A stretch of 61,756 nt of DNA, counting the filler, from Basidiobolus ranarum (lineage: Eukaryota): NCBI GenBank assembly GCA_040143965.1. It is 13 parts of 13 records of this genome, joined end to end, with 100 filler letters (N's around TTAATTAATTAA, not from the genome) between each part and the next. Parts side by side here need not be neighbours in the genome. Positions count along the whole stretch, not along the records: positions 23,845 to 28,505 come from JASJQH010008750.1; positions 28,606 to 33,264 come from JASJQH010008751.1; positions 33,365 to 38,022 come from JASJQH010008752.1; 10 more parts are not named here. One strand, 5' to 3'. Position numbers and translations under genes: made by a program. This document shows, piece by piece, positions 23,745 through 36,620 of the stretch (position 1 is the first letter of the stretch; each line of letters starts with the position of its first letter). The notes under the pieces were generated by a model. It did no database searches. It saw only the letters and a program-made list of their open reading frames with translations, and was not told the DNA's origin.

Positions 23745-25710
23745 NNNNNNNNNNNNNNNNNNNNNNNNNNNNNNNNNNNNNNNNNNNNTTAATTAATTAA
23801 NNNNNNNNNNNNNNNNNNNNNNNNNNNNNNNNNNNNNNNNNNNNGAGACTGATGGAACCTGGCGTAATCCATTAACTGTGCATGCCGAACCATGTTCCTA
23901 GCTCTAATAGTTAAATTTAGCTTTTGTTGTTCTTCAAATAGTAACTCCCCTACGCTGTCAACATGTGTTTTAGCAACAGTCCTACCGTATTAGGCACATG
24001 AGAATCCTTTGTTTGTAGAAAAGGGTTTAGTAGGTGGTACCTCTTCTGGCTTGAAAATCTTGGACTAGTACCATGGGAATTGTTAAGACAAGTGATGTGC
24101 CGCTGATGATAGAGCATTATTAGGCAAGCATCCTTGGCTACACTACTCTTGGACTTCAAATATATTTAGACAGAACTTTATGCGAGAAAGATTCATGTGG
24201 AATATGCCAATGCGGAATCCGAGTAAGATGCACAAAAGAAGAATGCGCGTATCCTCAAGTTCGATATTTTCATAGCCCTTGCAACCCATCCTAGCTCGCT
24301 AAAGTGCTTCTTTCGGTCCGTTGCGCCAGAGGTACCCGAGTCAAGGAGCAGGTGCCAACTACTTAGGGTCAAAAAACTTGTTGTATGTCTTATTCCTAAC
24401 AGGTTCAATAAGGATTGACAATATGGAGTTAGTACTTCATTCCAAGGTCTCGATTCATCCATCAAAAGCAAATCAAATCAATCTTAATTGTGCATTAAAT
24501 ATCGGAAACTCTTTAAACTATGATTGCATGTCACTTAGATATATAGAACCACAATTTTAGCAGTTCTACTGGCTTTCCCAAGCTATATGAAACAATATGT
24601 GTTCAACTGTTGATCAGATCACAGTTTGGCTGGACTTGATGATGCCATCAAGTCTATCAATTCATATTTGATTTCATGATAGCTGCAGAGATTCTTCAAC
24701 AGTAATAATGACTATGGATGCTATTTGAAGCTTTCGGTTAGTAATACTTGCAACTAATTTTAATTCTCAAGTATTGGTTATTGCTGGACAGTTAATACTC
24801 AATCAGAGAAACAACAGTAAAGGCACTGTAATGGGCACATTTAGTGAGTTAAAGCAGGCAGAGGAATTTAGAACTCAAAAGTATTTGGTTCTCAGGAGTT
24901 ACAGAGTATTATATGTCCATTTAGAAGAGTCTAAAATTTATATGAGTATACCAACTGAGAGTTCATAAACACACTGCTCAAGTATTATGATACTTGCTCC
25001 ATTTTATTGGGCCAGACATATACATATATGATACAAGTAGTAAGAAATTAGCGAGACCATTTGGGTTGATTGATTTCAGTCAACTTTGTTTTATTGAGCA
25101 AGGTCTAACCATTAGCTTCAAGGAACAAGTGCCATTATTAACCTGGAATCAATATTAATATGTTTAAGACTCAGATATGGACTTTATATTCTCTATTTTA
25201 CTATAAAACTTGAATACTGAAAGAACAATGATTAACCACTGCTGATATGATACAGTCTTACACAAGATACCCAAGGTTATTATCTTCAACAAGGAGACGG
25301 GTAATCGATTATTCCACTAGATAACCGGATATTGGGTAAACTACTGTTGAAAGCAAAATAACCAAGCTGCATATCTAATAATAAGCTACTGCGCTTAAAG
25401 CTGAGAGTTGTATTAAGAATCAATATGAGTTATCTATAGAGTGATCGCAATTAGGAACCTGAAAATTGATACGTTTAGACCCTAACTTATGTACTTGCGC
25501 AGATCTTTTCTTGACTCATTATGTGTTAACAGTCTCCTATATGTGACATAATCATGGTCATGCGCATTCAACAGCATGGTGAGCGGTTTTATATTTTTTC
25601 CAGGATTCCCGCTGCGGTTTGACAGATCTCGATATAAGATAACTTCAGCTTTGGATAAAACTGAGCTTGTTTCTCAAGCTGGTCATTTAATTTTTCTTGA
25701 GTGAATAGAA

Positions 25711-27585
25711 ATGTCGTCCACAAAACACTCTACACCTGGGCCCAATTCAACAGCCAGTACGCCACTCCCCAAACGCCAACTGTTCATCATATGTGTAGCT
25801 AGAATTGGTGAACCAGTTTCAATGACAATACTATTTCCATTTATTTATTATGTAAGCCTATTTACATGGTTTTCTAAAGAATAGCCAAATACTCATTTTT
25901 ACTCTTATATGTATGCTACGAATTTCTGCTTTTCTATTCTTGTATAGATGGTATGTAGTTAAATGAGCTTCCTTCTCTTAATTTCTTAACTTATTTCTTT
26001 TTTATATAGGTGAGAGATTTCGACTTCGTAAGAGATGAAAGCGAAATTGGATATTACGCCGGATACATAGCTTCCAGTTTTGCGTTGGCCCAAGTTCTTA
26101 CCAGTACGTTACTACACTAAGTCTTGAGCAACCAATAATCGTTATCTCATGATTCAATATTAGGTATCCCATGGGGAATGTTGTCTGATCGGATAGGGCG
26201 ACGGCCTGTACTTTTAATGGGGTTTTTCGGGACTTTCCTAGGAACTTTTTTATTCGGTTTTAGCAAAAGTTTAACTTGGGCGATGGTAACTCGCTCCATC
26301 TGCGGCCTGTTAAATGGAAATGTTGGTGTGATCAAATGTATGATTGCTGAAATAACTGATGTCACCAATCAAAGTAAGTGCCCCACATATGCCTAGGTAT
26401 AATATAATTGAAGTGCGTACTGATAGCTCGTTAGGTGTAGCTTTTAGCTTACTACCTCTGATGTGGGGTGTAGGAAGTATAAGTAAGTTAGTGTACCAAG
26501 TGATTGAACTCATCCACAAACTTATGGTAAATTTTCGTCAGTTGGTCCAACTTTAGGAGGCTTGCTATCACAACCTGCTGACCAATATCCTAGCTTATTT
26601 GGTCAATGGGAGTTCTTTCATACCTACCCATACTTTCTACCGTGCTTCGTATCTTCTCTATTAAGTCTATTTGGTCTCATTGTAGCATACTTTTACTTGG
26701 AGGAGACATTAGAAACCAAGATCAAAAAAGATAGTCCTACAGAAACAACTCCTTTATTGATAGAAGCCAGTGTACCTCTGCTGACTAAAAATTCCGAGCC
26801 AAGTTCTACTAATATAGGGATACTTGATGCATTTACATCTAGCACAATACCTGTAATCATCGGGTATATGTTACTGGCACTTCAAAGTATCACTGCTGAT
26901 GAGGTCATTCCTATCTGGGCGGCCACAAGTATCGCTAAGGGTGGCCTACACTTCACTACAAAGCAAACCGGATTGTTTTTGTCATTCTGTGGCTTTATGA
27001 TACCACCACTTCAGTGGTTCTTATATCCTAGATTGCACAGTATTTTTGGACCACAAAGACTTTTCCGGCTTTCGATGCTGATTATTGCCCCAGTATATTT
27101 ATTGATACCGTTTATATCATATATCGCACGTACCTCCGAGGACGAAGACAATACTAACCAGATTGTATGGGTATCTTTACTAACTCTCCTTAGCTTACGA
27201 ATTTCTTGCAATATATTTTCCTTCACAAACTGTAACATCTTGGTAAGTGACACGATCACTTTCGACGCAATTGTAATTATTAAACCTTTGGAATTCCTTT
27301 TTGATTTCACAGGTTGCCAATTCTGCTCCATCAAAACAGGTTCTTGGTTCCCTGAATGGCATTACCCAGGTTGGCCTGTCCTTAGTACGAGCTATTGGAC
27401 CAACACTTGGCGGTTCTCTCTGGAGTTGGTCACTTAGCCATAATTACTCATTCCCCTTCAATTTTCACCTCATATTCAATTTTCTTGCACTGTTGGCGTT
27501 AATTACAGCGATAGCAACTTTGGCACAAAAGGATCGTAGAGACATCACTCAGGATGTTGAGGTGGCAACATCAGAAGATATTTAA
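25711..27585 (+). CDS. MFS transporter, ZIFL/YCR023C-like (489 aa, 7 exons including a 3-nt micro-exon)
   Basis: Exons 25711-25851, 25948-25950, 26010-26103, 26164-26373, 26435-26482, 26542-27242, 27313-27585. Motifs TPLPKRQ..EP..LFPFIYYMVRDF, WGMLSDRIGRRPVLL, RSICGLLNGNVGV..EITD, GPTLGG, YPYFLPC, LEETL, RAIGP. Confidence 0.93.
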
Positions 27586-28605
27586 AAATATCCGTTATTG
27601 CTAGATAATCCCGTTATTATACTATTATAGCTTTATCATGTACAAAATATCCCTCCCCATACAATATTGCTAATAAACATTATCAAGTTCTATTTAACTA
27701 GCTACTGGCAACAAAATACCACCATCGCGATATATCCATTATAAAAATCCACCACATTTAACAATGGCTACTTTATAGAGGTGAGTGAAATTATATAAGG
27801 GATGTCTGCAAATACCATTGAAATGATTAGTGGGCTTATTATTGAATGAACCGTATTGTTATGCTAGGAAAGTGATCTCCTTAATTGAACGCGTAGTATT
27901 ACTACCAAGTCAACAGTCAGACATGGGGATGGAGTATATGATTATGGATAATACAATCAGGTTTGCAGTGCGACTTCTGCACCAATATCAGTTCAGCTTG
28001 TCAGATGCTGTATCAAACATTGTAAATGATAAAGTACGAAGACATCATTGCAAGATGCAAGATTCCAGTATATTGGATCACTCATTTACCTCTAAATCCG
28101 GACTGGTACCAGCATATCTCACATCAACATTAATAAAATAGTACAGTAATGGCCTCAAGGGTATTACAGCTCCAAGAATACAAAATTGATACCTTCTCCT
28201 ACTAGCTACCTTCCATGTTTGACTAAAGGTACCATCATGAATGGTATTTATCGTCAATCCTAAATGAGAGTGCCTATAATGTTGAAGTGAGAGTCATTCA
28301 ACATCATGTATACATTAGGGCAGCAGGTATCGCTTAGAATTAGCAAGAGAATCACCTCATATTTCATTTGTACAGTCGATGCTATCATGTATTCTTAAGA
28401 TAGCAGTTTTCTGTGTTTCATAAATATAGTAGACATGTAAAGGGGATGTGTAAGAATGATCACCCGGCAATCCATTTTTATACGTTGACACAAAACTAAC
28501 GAGGANNNNNNNNNNNNNNNNNNNNNNNNNNNNNNNNNNNNNNNNNNNNTTAATTAATTAANNNNNNNNNNNNNNNNNNNNNNNNNNNNNNNNNNNNNNN
28601 NNNNN

Positions 28606-30290
28606 GTATGCGCAGTCAAATGAAGGTGTGGGTGGCATGAAGCAGCACAAGCCTAATGCTTTTACAGATGCCCAGGTATCCACTATGAATTTTTGCTTGG
28701 CTATATGGGAGTTAGTGATAAACATGATAGAAGCTGGGGAAGGGGATATAAGACAAAAATAGAAGCAACTTTCAACTCTGCTTTGGACAGAATATGGTAT
28801 CTTCATGCGTTCAGAAGTCTGCAAGAAAATATATCATAAAACACATGAGGATAGAAATAGCAAATTGAATAGTACAAATTTTGATTTTGAGCCCACAAAG
28901 TCACAATTCCAATTGTATTTTTGCTTGTATGTCCAGAAAGCATCCATTGTGGCCTCAACCTTACAGATAAAAGATGCTCCAAATAGATATCTACTGCTAC
29001 TAAATAAGAATTTGCAGCAACTATTGAAGGAGGTTGCAAAGCTCAAAACAATATTTCAGGACACTAAGGCAAGAGTAATCAACAGAGGTGTGAAGGGAAA
29101 TGCAAGAAAATTTATTGAATCAGAAGATTTTCCCAGAGGCAAACTGGAGCAGTTCAGACAATTGTAAAAATGTACCAGATCACTCCTAGCTGAAGAGACT
29201 TGTGACAAGGTATCTATTTCTCAAGATGATTATACACATCTCACCACTGGAATTGCGGTAACATCTCCAACAAGGGAAAGTGCCCAATGAGTTGGTCTAT
29301 CAGCTAGTAGTACACATTGACAGCAATGCTAACTTGGAAGAGCTTTTGATGTTTCTCCTGTCTTTGATGAAAAGAGAGCAGTTGACAAAGAACCACAAAG
29401 AGGATGGCCTGCATTCTTACTCATGATTGTGTGCAATATATCTAATTTAACTGAACAAGCCAGTGAGCTTTTTATGTTGGGAGAAGAGTCAGCTCCAAGC
29501 AGCATGCCACCAGATAGACATACCAGCTTGATGCATACTACCACGTGAAAGCAACAAAGGCCAACTGTAATAATTGTTGAACCTTCCACTTTGTTGTAAG
29601 AAGATTGGACACCTGTGAGAAAACCAGTACATCAGCCATCCATTACAACATGTATCCCCACAAGACCAAGACAATGGGTGTTTGACAGAGATAGTAAAGC
29701 TCTTACCTAGCTTGAAGAAGCCAAAACAGTTGAACACAAACCTCAAGGTAGACAATATGATTGATTTATTCCACCATGCAACAGAAGTCATGGCCAGTTG
29801 AAAAAGATAAAGCTTCTACTGGGGTAGAAGAGGCATGGACTGCTAGACTCACACTTCAAGATTGATGACTTGTTCCAACATGTACTGTGTCACAACCATG
29901 GCCATGGTCAGTCAAAAGAGAAGAAGCTTTTGCCATGGTTGAACAATTCATAACTGTCAAGCACAAACTGCAAGTAAAACATTCCAGGTTGAGGCAAAGA
30001 ACTGGGAACCAGCAGCAATGGCTGCTTGAATCATTAAGGAAAGGCTCCACCTTTAAAGAAGATACTCAAGATACAAATAAACCCCAAAACAGACCAGACA
30101 AGCCATCACATATCACATTGCATTGCTCTCAAGCCAGAACACATGCTTGCCAAGGTAGAGGAGCTTCCGCAGGATCAAACCAATCAACTCAGTGCCAAGG
30201 TTCAAGCAAGGTACATGACAAGATAATAATAAGAAGACACTAAAAATAACAGAAGAAAATCAGCATGTATTGCTTTAAACCTGGGCAGCT
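28606..30290 (+). mobile_element. Degenerate ORF-X copy (repeat shared with contig 1)
   Basis: Aligns with the reverse complements of 1-1225 and 4485-4672; multiple stops and frameshifts. Confidence 0.75.
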
Positions 30291-30294
30291 GCAG

Positions 30295-30975
30295 AGAGGT
30301 AGATCTACTCTGGCATCTCCTTAGCCCATCACATTAATTCCAATGCTGATTTTGCAGATACAGTGTTAATTAAATTAGCATATGGCAATATTGATGATTT
30401 CAAAGGGAGCATCATTTCACTGCATGTGTGCTCCATTGGGAACTCCCAGAATGTGTAGCAAGGGCCTATAATCTCTAAGCATTGTGAAAAATGCAGCAGG
30501 GAATGTATTGAATACAGGCATGGAATCAGTCCATATTTTATAGACCTGTAATACAGTTTGTGATATCCAATTACAAATCTTCATACAACCACTGTATTTG
30601 CCAGAGATCTGCCAATGTGACTTGATGCTGTAGGAATATATAAACAATATCCACAAACAACTCCCAATGTTGTCAATTCTTGTCAGGCAGAAATTTTGTG
30701 AAGATTTCACTTGACTATATACAAATACAATACTTCCAGTCTTTATATCTGAATAATCGCCTAGATGAGTAGATATTGATGGGCATCCTGGTAAAATATG
30801 ATGGCATCTTCTCACTTTCAAGCAGTTTCACAATTAATTCAAACTTTGATCACATATCATATGTTGCATTCATATTGAATCTTCAATTATATAGCTGAGT
30901 AAGTAAAGCTGGATTGTTGTTAAATACTAAATGCATAATGCCTGATGGGAAGCTCTGGCTCCAACTTATCCTCTT
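30295..30975 (-). mobile_element. CACTA transposase C-terminal fragment
   Basis: The reverse complement aligns with 57830-58490 (SQCLEIIGPCYTFWEFPMEHTCSEM motif). Confidence 0.82.
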
Positions 30976-30981
30976 TAGCAA

Positions 30982-32375
30982 TATTATAGTGCTTAGGGGA
31001 TTTGGAAGTGTTTTGGACAAGATTTGGACTGGTGAAGTAGACACTTAAGTTTTATTCAATTGAAAAAGTTCTATTTACAGCTTACCATGAAATAGAACTA
31101 TTAGATGTGCTTCAATCATAACAAACATGTCTGTTAAGTATGGATGAAAGTTTGAGGTGATTTGGGGAAGTTTTGAGAAAATAGTGAAAATTGGTTAAAG
31201 TGATTAAGTTGATATTTCTATCAATCAAAGCAATAAACACATGTTTTTGAATGTGAAAATCAAGTGTCAAATAACCCAAATATGAATAAACTAAGTACTA
31301 AAAAATGAGCTGCTATTTACCTAATTTAAACATTCCTACTCAATTAATTATTATGTATTTCTTTTGAACCTGACTTATTTCTTAAAAATTTATTTTATGC
31401 TTTAGCCAATATTTTGGCTAATATAACCAATCATTTCTATATAAGGGACATAGACTGATTAAAATATTTCATTCTCTATTTCTTCTCTAACAAAATGATG
31501 CCAAATTACTAAATATCTTGTTCTATCATGAAATATAGGATTTTGGGCTAATGAAATACAACTTGGATTATCTTCTAATATAGTAAAAGCAAATTTTTGC
31601 ATGTATCCTAAGGCATTAAATAACTTCCTTAACCATGTAGCTTCTTGTGTAGTAGCAGAGGCAGCTATATACTCTGCTTCTGTAGAAGAAAGTGCTCTGG
31701 TTGGTCACTTCTAACTACTCTAAGTTATAGCCCCATTATCATAGAGAGAAGTATACCCCTTTGTTGATCATCTATCATGAAGGTTGCTTCCCCAGTTTGG
31801 ATCACTATAGCCTTCACAATTTGGTACATCAGGAGTGCCAGAGTATTCCAAAACTGGTTCTACAATTTCTCTCAAGTACCTGAGTATTTGTTTCACTCCA
31901 GTTTTGTGCTCAGTTCCTGGATTTTTGAGATGTTGGCTGACAGTTTGCACTGCCACAGCAATCTATGGGCCTATACCAACCATTGTATAGATTAAACTAC
32001 CCACTAAGGATTGTAAAGGGAACTTCTGGGTTTGATTTTAGTCATTTTTAGCCAAACCAGACAAACTTTTGATTATTTTCACATTAGGTTCCAATGAAGT
32101 TGATACAGTCTTGCTATTCTCCTTGTTGAAGCATATTTGGATGTCTAGGATGTGTCTAGGCTGAATCATAATGATTATTTGATTGGGTTAATCTATGCTG
32201 ATTTAGAATCCACAGATTTAACTTAACTCAACCATATTAGTCATCTCAATCTGGTTTAATAAGCTTTTATTCATCCGATTAAGTGCTTCTAGATCATTTC
32301 TTGTTATGGTCAAGTCATCCACATATAGCACCATTATAAGGGTCCTATTCATGGTTGTTTTGATGTGAATACTGT
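30982..32375 (-). mobile_element. 3' end of a copia element: RT/RNase H, polypurine tract (31333-31345) and 3' LTR-A (30982-31332)
   Basis: YVDDL, HKTGVKQILRYL, GYSDPNWG, ALSSTEAEYIAAS.TTQEATWLR; TTGAGTAGGAA just before TGTTTAAATTAGG. Confidence 0.92.
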
Positions 32376-33264
32376 AGACTTGTTCCATCAGACCAGGTCA
32401 GATTGTGCTGCTTGATCCAGCCTGCTAGTACACCATCTGGCGCAATCTGTCAATTACCATAGCTGGGTCCTATAACACTTGATCAGACACTATAAGGAAC
32501 AATATGGCACTATCCCACCACAATTGGACACGATGATTTTTTTGGAGATATTGTGCCAGCCCATACCAAGTTACCCAAATTGGTATTGCCAAATTAAGAT
32601 TTTGGGTAACTGACAAAGCAAGTTCATGCCTAGTTTTTAACTTACAAATTACTGAATGTGTAACAATAAATAATTTATACTGTAACTTACCCAATTAAAT
32701 GTAGAACCAAGACATTCACATGTTTATATGCCAATCATTTGTCCCTCACTAACACAGTGTCCTGATTTTCAATTGGGCCCAATGGCTGCTGCATTATGAA
32801 ACACCAGTAGTTTTGGCATGCCAGTGACAAATCACAGCACTTGATGATGGATTGATCTGCAGAATGATAGTAAACATCAGGATCACTTGATTCATTGTTT
32901 TTAGATCTGCAAATTTACATGATTGAATAAATAACTAGCTGATCTAAAAATGATGAATCAAGCAATCCTGATCACTACTATCATACTGCAGATTGATCCA
33001 TCATTGGGTGCTGTGATTTGTCACTGGTGTGCCAAAACTACTGGTGTTTTGTAATGCAGGAGCTGTTGTGCCCAATTGAAAATCAGGATACTGTGTTAGT
33101 GAGGGACAAATGATTGGCCTAAAAACATGTGAATGTCTCGGTTATAGATTTGTTTGGGTAAGTTACAGTATAAATTGTTTATTGTTACACATTCAGTAAT
33201 TTGTAAGTTACAAACTAGGGGATGAACTTACTTTGTCAGTTACCCAAAATTGTAATTTGGCAAT
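32374..33264. repeat. Long foldback/palindrome made of two TIR arms joined head-to-head
   Basis: 32585-32910 is the imperfect inverse complement of 32938-33264. The right arm is cut by the contig end. Both arms match 3647-4190. Confidence 0.92.
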
Positions 33265-33364
33265 NNNNNNNNNNNNNNNNNNNNNNNNNNNNNNNNNNNN
33301 NNNNNNNNTTAATTAATTAANNNNNNNNNNNNNNNNNNNNNNNNNNNNNNNNNNNNNNNNNNNN

Positions 33365-33472
33365 ATTAAGAATGACTGGGAGCTAAACCCTTACAACAGA
33401 GATACCTTCTACACTTCAGGGCCTGGTGGGTATACCGACTATCCGTTCTATACAGATAAAGTGCACTGCTAA
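33365..33472 (+). CDS. OYE: C-terminus of an upstream tandem Old Yellow Enzyme paralog (partial)
   Basis: IKNDWELNPYNRDTFYTSGPGGYTDYPFYTDKVHC*; the first 86 nt are identical to 35581-35666. Confidence 0.9.
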   Translation: MKNDWELNPYNRDTFYTSGPGGYTDYPFYTDKVHC

Positions 33473-34538
33473 CGCTTTGGTTAGTTTGAGGTATCTATAG
33501 CAATTCTCAAGTATTTATCTGTATTCTGGATCTTTGAACATGTATTCTAATTCGACTCAGAATATATGGAGTTGGCAAATTAGAATCCTCTCAGATAGTA
33601 TCTACAAAATATATTTGTATCCCTCAAATTTGTCGAAACTTCAATAAAGTGGTATCATGTAGGTGTTCGACTGCAGTATTTTGACTAAAATTAAAACCGA
33701 AACGCTCATTTGTTTGAAAATACCTTCTGCTCCGCCCTATAAAGGTTTACTCATGAAGCAGACCCTATTACAAGTATATGCTAATCTATCTCAAGTTTAG
33801 TTTGATAGAGGAGCTAGAGAGTAAGCGTTACCATTCGGGATATTATTTATGATGATATTATGTACATCAAACCAGAATTTGGTGCCATAAAGTTTTGGTA
33901 AAAATATAACCAACTGAACCTCCCAAACTCCACTTTCTTACTTTGGTTTTCATGTACCTATTTTAAAATCTAGGTAGAAGTCTAAATGTCTTCTAATTAA
34001 GGTGTCGAACCCCTTTTTGCTTCTTTTTTGTCTACATTGAGCTTAATTCATTTGACATTATAAGGAGGTCCTTTAAAAAATATAGCTCATGTTACATCTG
34101 GCAATACACATCAGTAATCGTTTGTGATCAGGACCAACGTGAAAAGAGACCATTATAGATATGTATGGACGTAGTACTATGAAGAACATATACCATTTTG
34201 AAAGCCAATTTTATCAAACTTATTGGTACGGGTGAAAATATAACGAAACCTCAAAAGTTAGAGTTTTATAAATGTGAACATCGCTGTTTGGTAGTAAATC
34301 ACGTAATCAGTAGCAAGACTTGAGTTATTGTTATCAAGACCTGATGAAGTAACTGATCGATAGGTTGTTTCTAATTTGTCAAAATTAGTTACACAATGTT
34401 AGTAAATGTTGTATATATATATTAACCAAGCATTTCAAGTGGCGCACTAGAATTCAGAATCTTCAACCTATTAAGATAGAGTATTACAAAATAGTAGCTT
34501 CTACAATAAAACAGTAAGCTATTAGTAATCAACTGGAG

Positions 34539-34548
34539 TATATATAAG
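34539..34548 (+). promoter_or_regulatory. TATA box of the OYE gene
   Basis: TATATATAAG about 50 nt upstream of the ATG at 34591. Confidence 0.6.
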
Positions 34549-34590
34549 GCGAAGCTCAGTACTTTTCACAGCAATCTACATTCATTCACT

Positions 34591-35688
34591 ATGTCATATA
34601 AACTCTTTGAACCCATTCAGCTAGGACAAAATAAATTGGAGCACCGCGTTGTGCTCGCTCCATTGACACGTTTCCGTGCCAACGACGAAGGAGTACCTCA
34701 AGATATCGCTGCATCCTACTATGAGCAGCGTGCTAGCAAAGGTGGGCTTTTGATAACAGAAGCAACATTCATTTCTCCTGATGGTGGTGGATACCCTAAT
34801 GTCCCTGGAATCTATTCCTCAGCCCAAATTGAAGGTTGGAGAAAAGTGACTGATCGGGTACATAGAAAGGGAGGAGTCATTTATTTACAACTCTGGTACT
34901 TGGGTAGAGCAGCCGTACGTGCATGCTTACCAGATCAGCAGCAGCCCGTTTCCGCTTCAGCTATAGCTATTAATGGTGAAGTTAGACCTGGGATGCCGTA
35001 TTCGATACCAAGGGCATTGGAAATAGATGAGATACCTAGTATTGTTGATTCTTACAAGCAAGCAGCCTTAAATGCTATAGAGGCAGGTTTCGACGGTGTC
35101 GAGATCCATGGTGCCAATGGATATTTGATTGATCAGTTCATCAACTCTAATAGCAACAAGCGTACTGACAAGTATGGTGGTTCAATTGAGAATCGATCCA
35201 GATTTGCTCTTGAGGTCATTGACGCTGTGACAAAAGCCATTGGTGAAGATAAGACTGGCATTCGGTTCTCACCCTACAGCCCCTTCCAAGACATGAAGGA
35301 AGAAACTCCTGTAGAAACATTCTCTTACTTGACTACACAGATTCAGAATCAGCATCCAAATATGGCATACCTTCATTTCGTAGAAGCGCGTATTGCTGGA
35401 AATGCGGATGTTGATGCCAAGGAGTCTCTGTCATTAGAACCATTCCAGAATATCTGGAAAGGTCCATTCATCTCGGCGGGTGGATACACCTCACAATCTG
35501 CAATTGAGACTGCACAGAAAACTGGAGCGTTGATTGCCTTTGGTCGCAAGTTTATTGCCAATCCTGACTTACCTGAGCGTATTAAGAATGACTGGGAGCT
35601 AAACCCTTACAACAGAGATACCTTCTACACTTCAGGGCCTGGTGGGTATACCGACTATCCGTTCTACACAAATAAAGTACGCAGTTAA
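34591..35688 (+). CDS. OYE: Old Yellow Enzyme family NADH:flavin oxidoreductase (ene-reductase), intronless, 365 aa
   Basis: LFEPI.LG..LEHRVVLAPLTRFRA, GGLLITEAT, AGFDGVEIHGANGYLIDQF (catalytic H/N/Y), RTDKYGGSIENR, FGRKFIANPDLP. Confidence 0.97.
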   Translation: MSYKLFEPIQLGQNKLEHRVVLAPLTRFRANDEGVPQDIAASYYEQRASKGGLLITEATFISPDGGGYPNVPGIYSSAQIEGWRKVTDRVHRKGGVIYLQLWYLGRAAVRACLPDQQQPVSASAIAINGEVRPGMPYSIPRALEIDEIPSIVDSYKQAALNAIEAGFDGVEIHGANGYLIDQFINSNSNKRTDKYGGSIENRSRFALEVIDAVTKAIGEDKTGIRFSPYSPFQDMKEETPVETFSYLTTQIQNQHPNMAYLHFVEARIAGNADVDAKESLSLEPFQNIWKGPFISAGGYTSQSAIETAQKTGALIAFGRKFIANPDLPERIKNDWELNPYNRDTFYTSGPGGYTDYPFYTNKVRS

Positions 35689-36279
35689 AACTTCAGTATT
35701 GTAGAGTTTTGGGATGTTGTGTTGCGATACTCATTTAATCGAGTCTAATTGTTTTAATGTATTACAGTGTTTTACTCTAAAATGAAACGATTGGAAATCC
35801 AATTCTCGATGATCTGAAGATCTTTTTTTGAGACGTTTGCAACAGCCAAATTAGCCTTTATTTTTGAGACAAATTCGGTTCTTTTTCAGACATTATTGTT
35901 GGCATTAATTTACAACTTTATTAACTGCATATACTAGTGATGTCACTTATATGGTGAATCAAAATTTTATAAGATGCACATGAATATAGGTGATCTGTAA
36001 AAATTAGCTGAATTCGAGATAACGGTATTTGAACCAGTAGATTTTGATACAATCTATAAATAAGAGGTAAACCCAAATGTTTTCAAATAAATTCTTTGTC
36101 TTTTGGGGATAAATATTATTAAATAGTTTCTTGTGTTGCTACTTCCTTTTAGTATTGTGCGTTAATATTATCTTTTTTTATATCTGTTATGATTGTAAAA
36201 ATAAACTATTACTGTAAAATCAATTTTTCGTATTTAGTTCATATACGTTTTACCGGCATTATCAAGAGGGTACATAATC

Positions 36280-36620
36280 ACCTTACCTTGTTATCACCAG
36301 TCTTATTACATTTATTACAGTTTGACCAGAGTTCTCCATTCTTATTCGATTGGCTTCAATATTTGTCAGTTCAGATGCTGTCGCCCAACGATCTCATGCA
36401 TCTTTTGACTTCGCTTTCAGATATCCATATTTTTGGACAATATATCTTGAATACATTTTTTGGATATTAATATCATTGAGTTGAAGTTCTTCAATTGCTT
36501 CTTCCCAAATCATACCATTCTACATAATGGTATCTATATCGTTGATAATCTCTTCTTTTAGGATATAGGCTTTCTTCATAATATATTTGAACTCGACTTT
36601 GTCTTTCAAACATGACAAGC
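36280..36620 (-). pseudogene. Protein-like frame with two internal stops, family unknown
   Basis: CLSCLKDKVEFKYIMKKAYILKEEIINDIDTIM*NGMIWEEAIEELQLND..KYGYLKAKSKDA*DRWATASELTNIEANRIRMEN; intron-like GT-AG segments upstream. Confidence 0.35.

Noticed and set aside
23845-24560. Several short overlapping ORFs at the start of contig 6
   Set aside because: No consistent frame, splice model or family motif.
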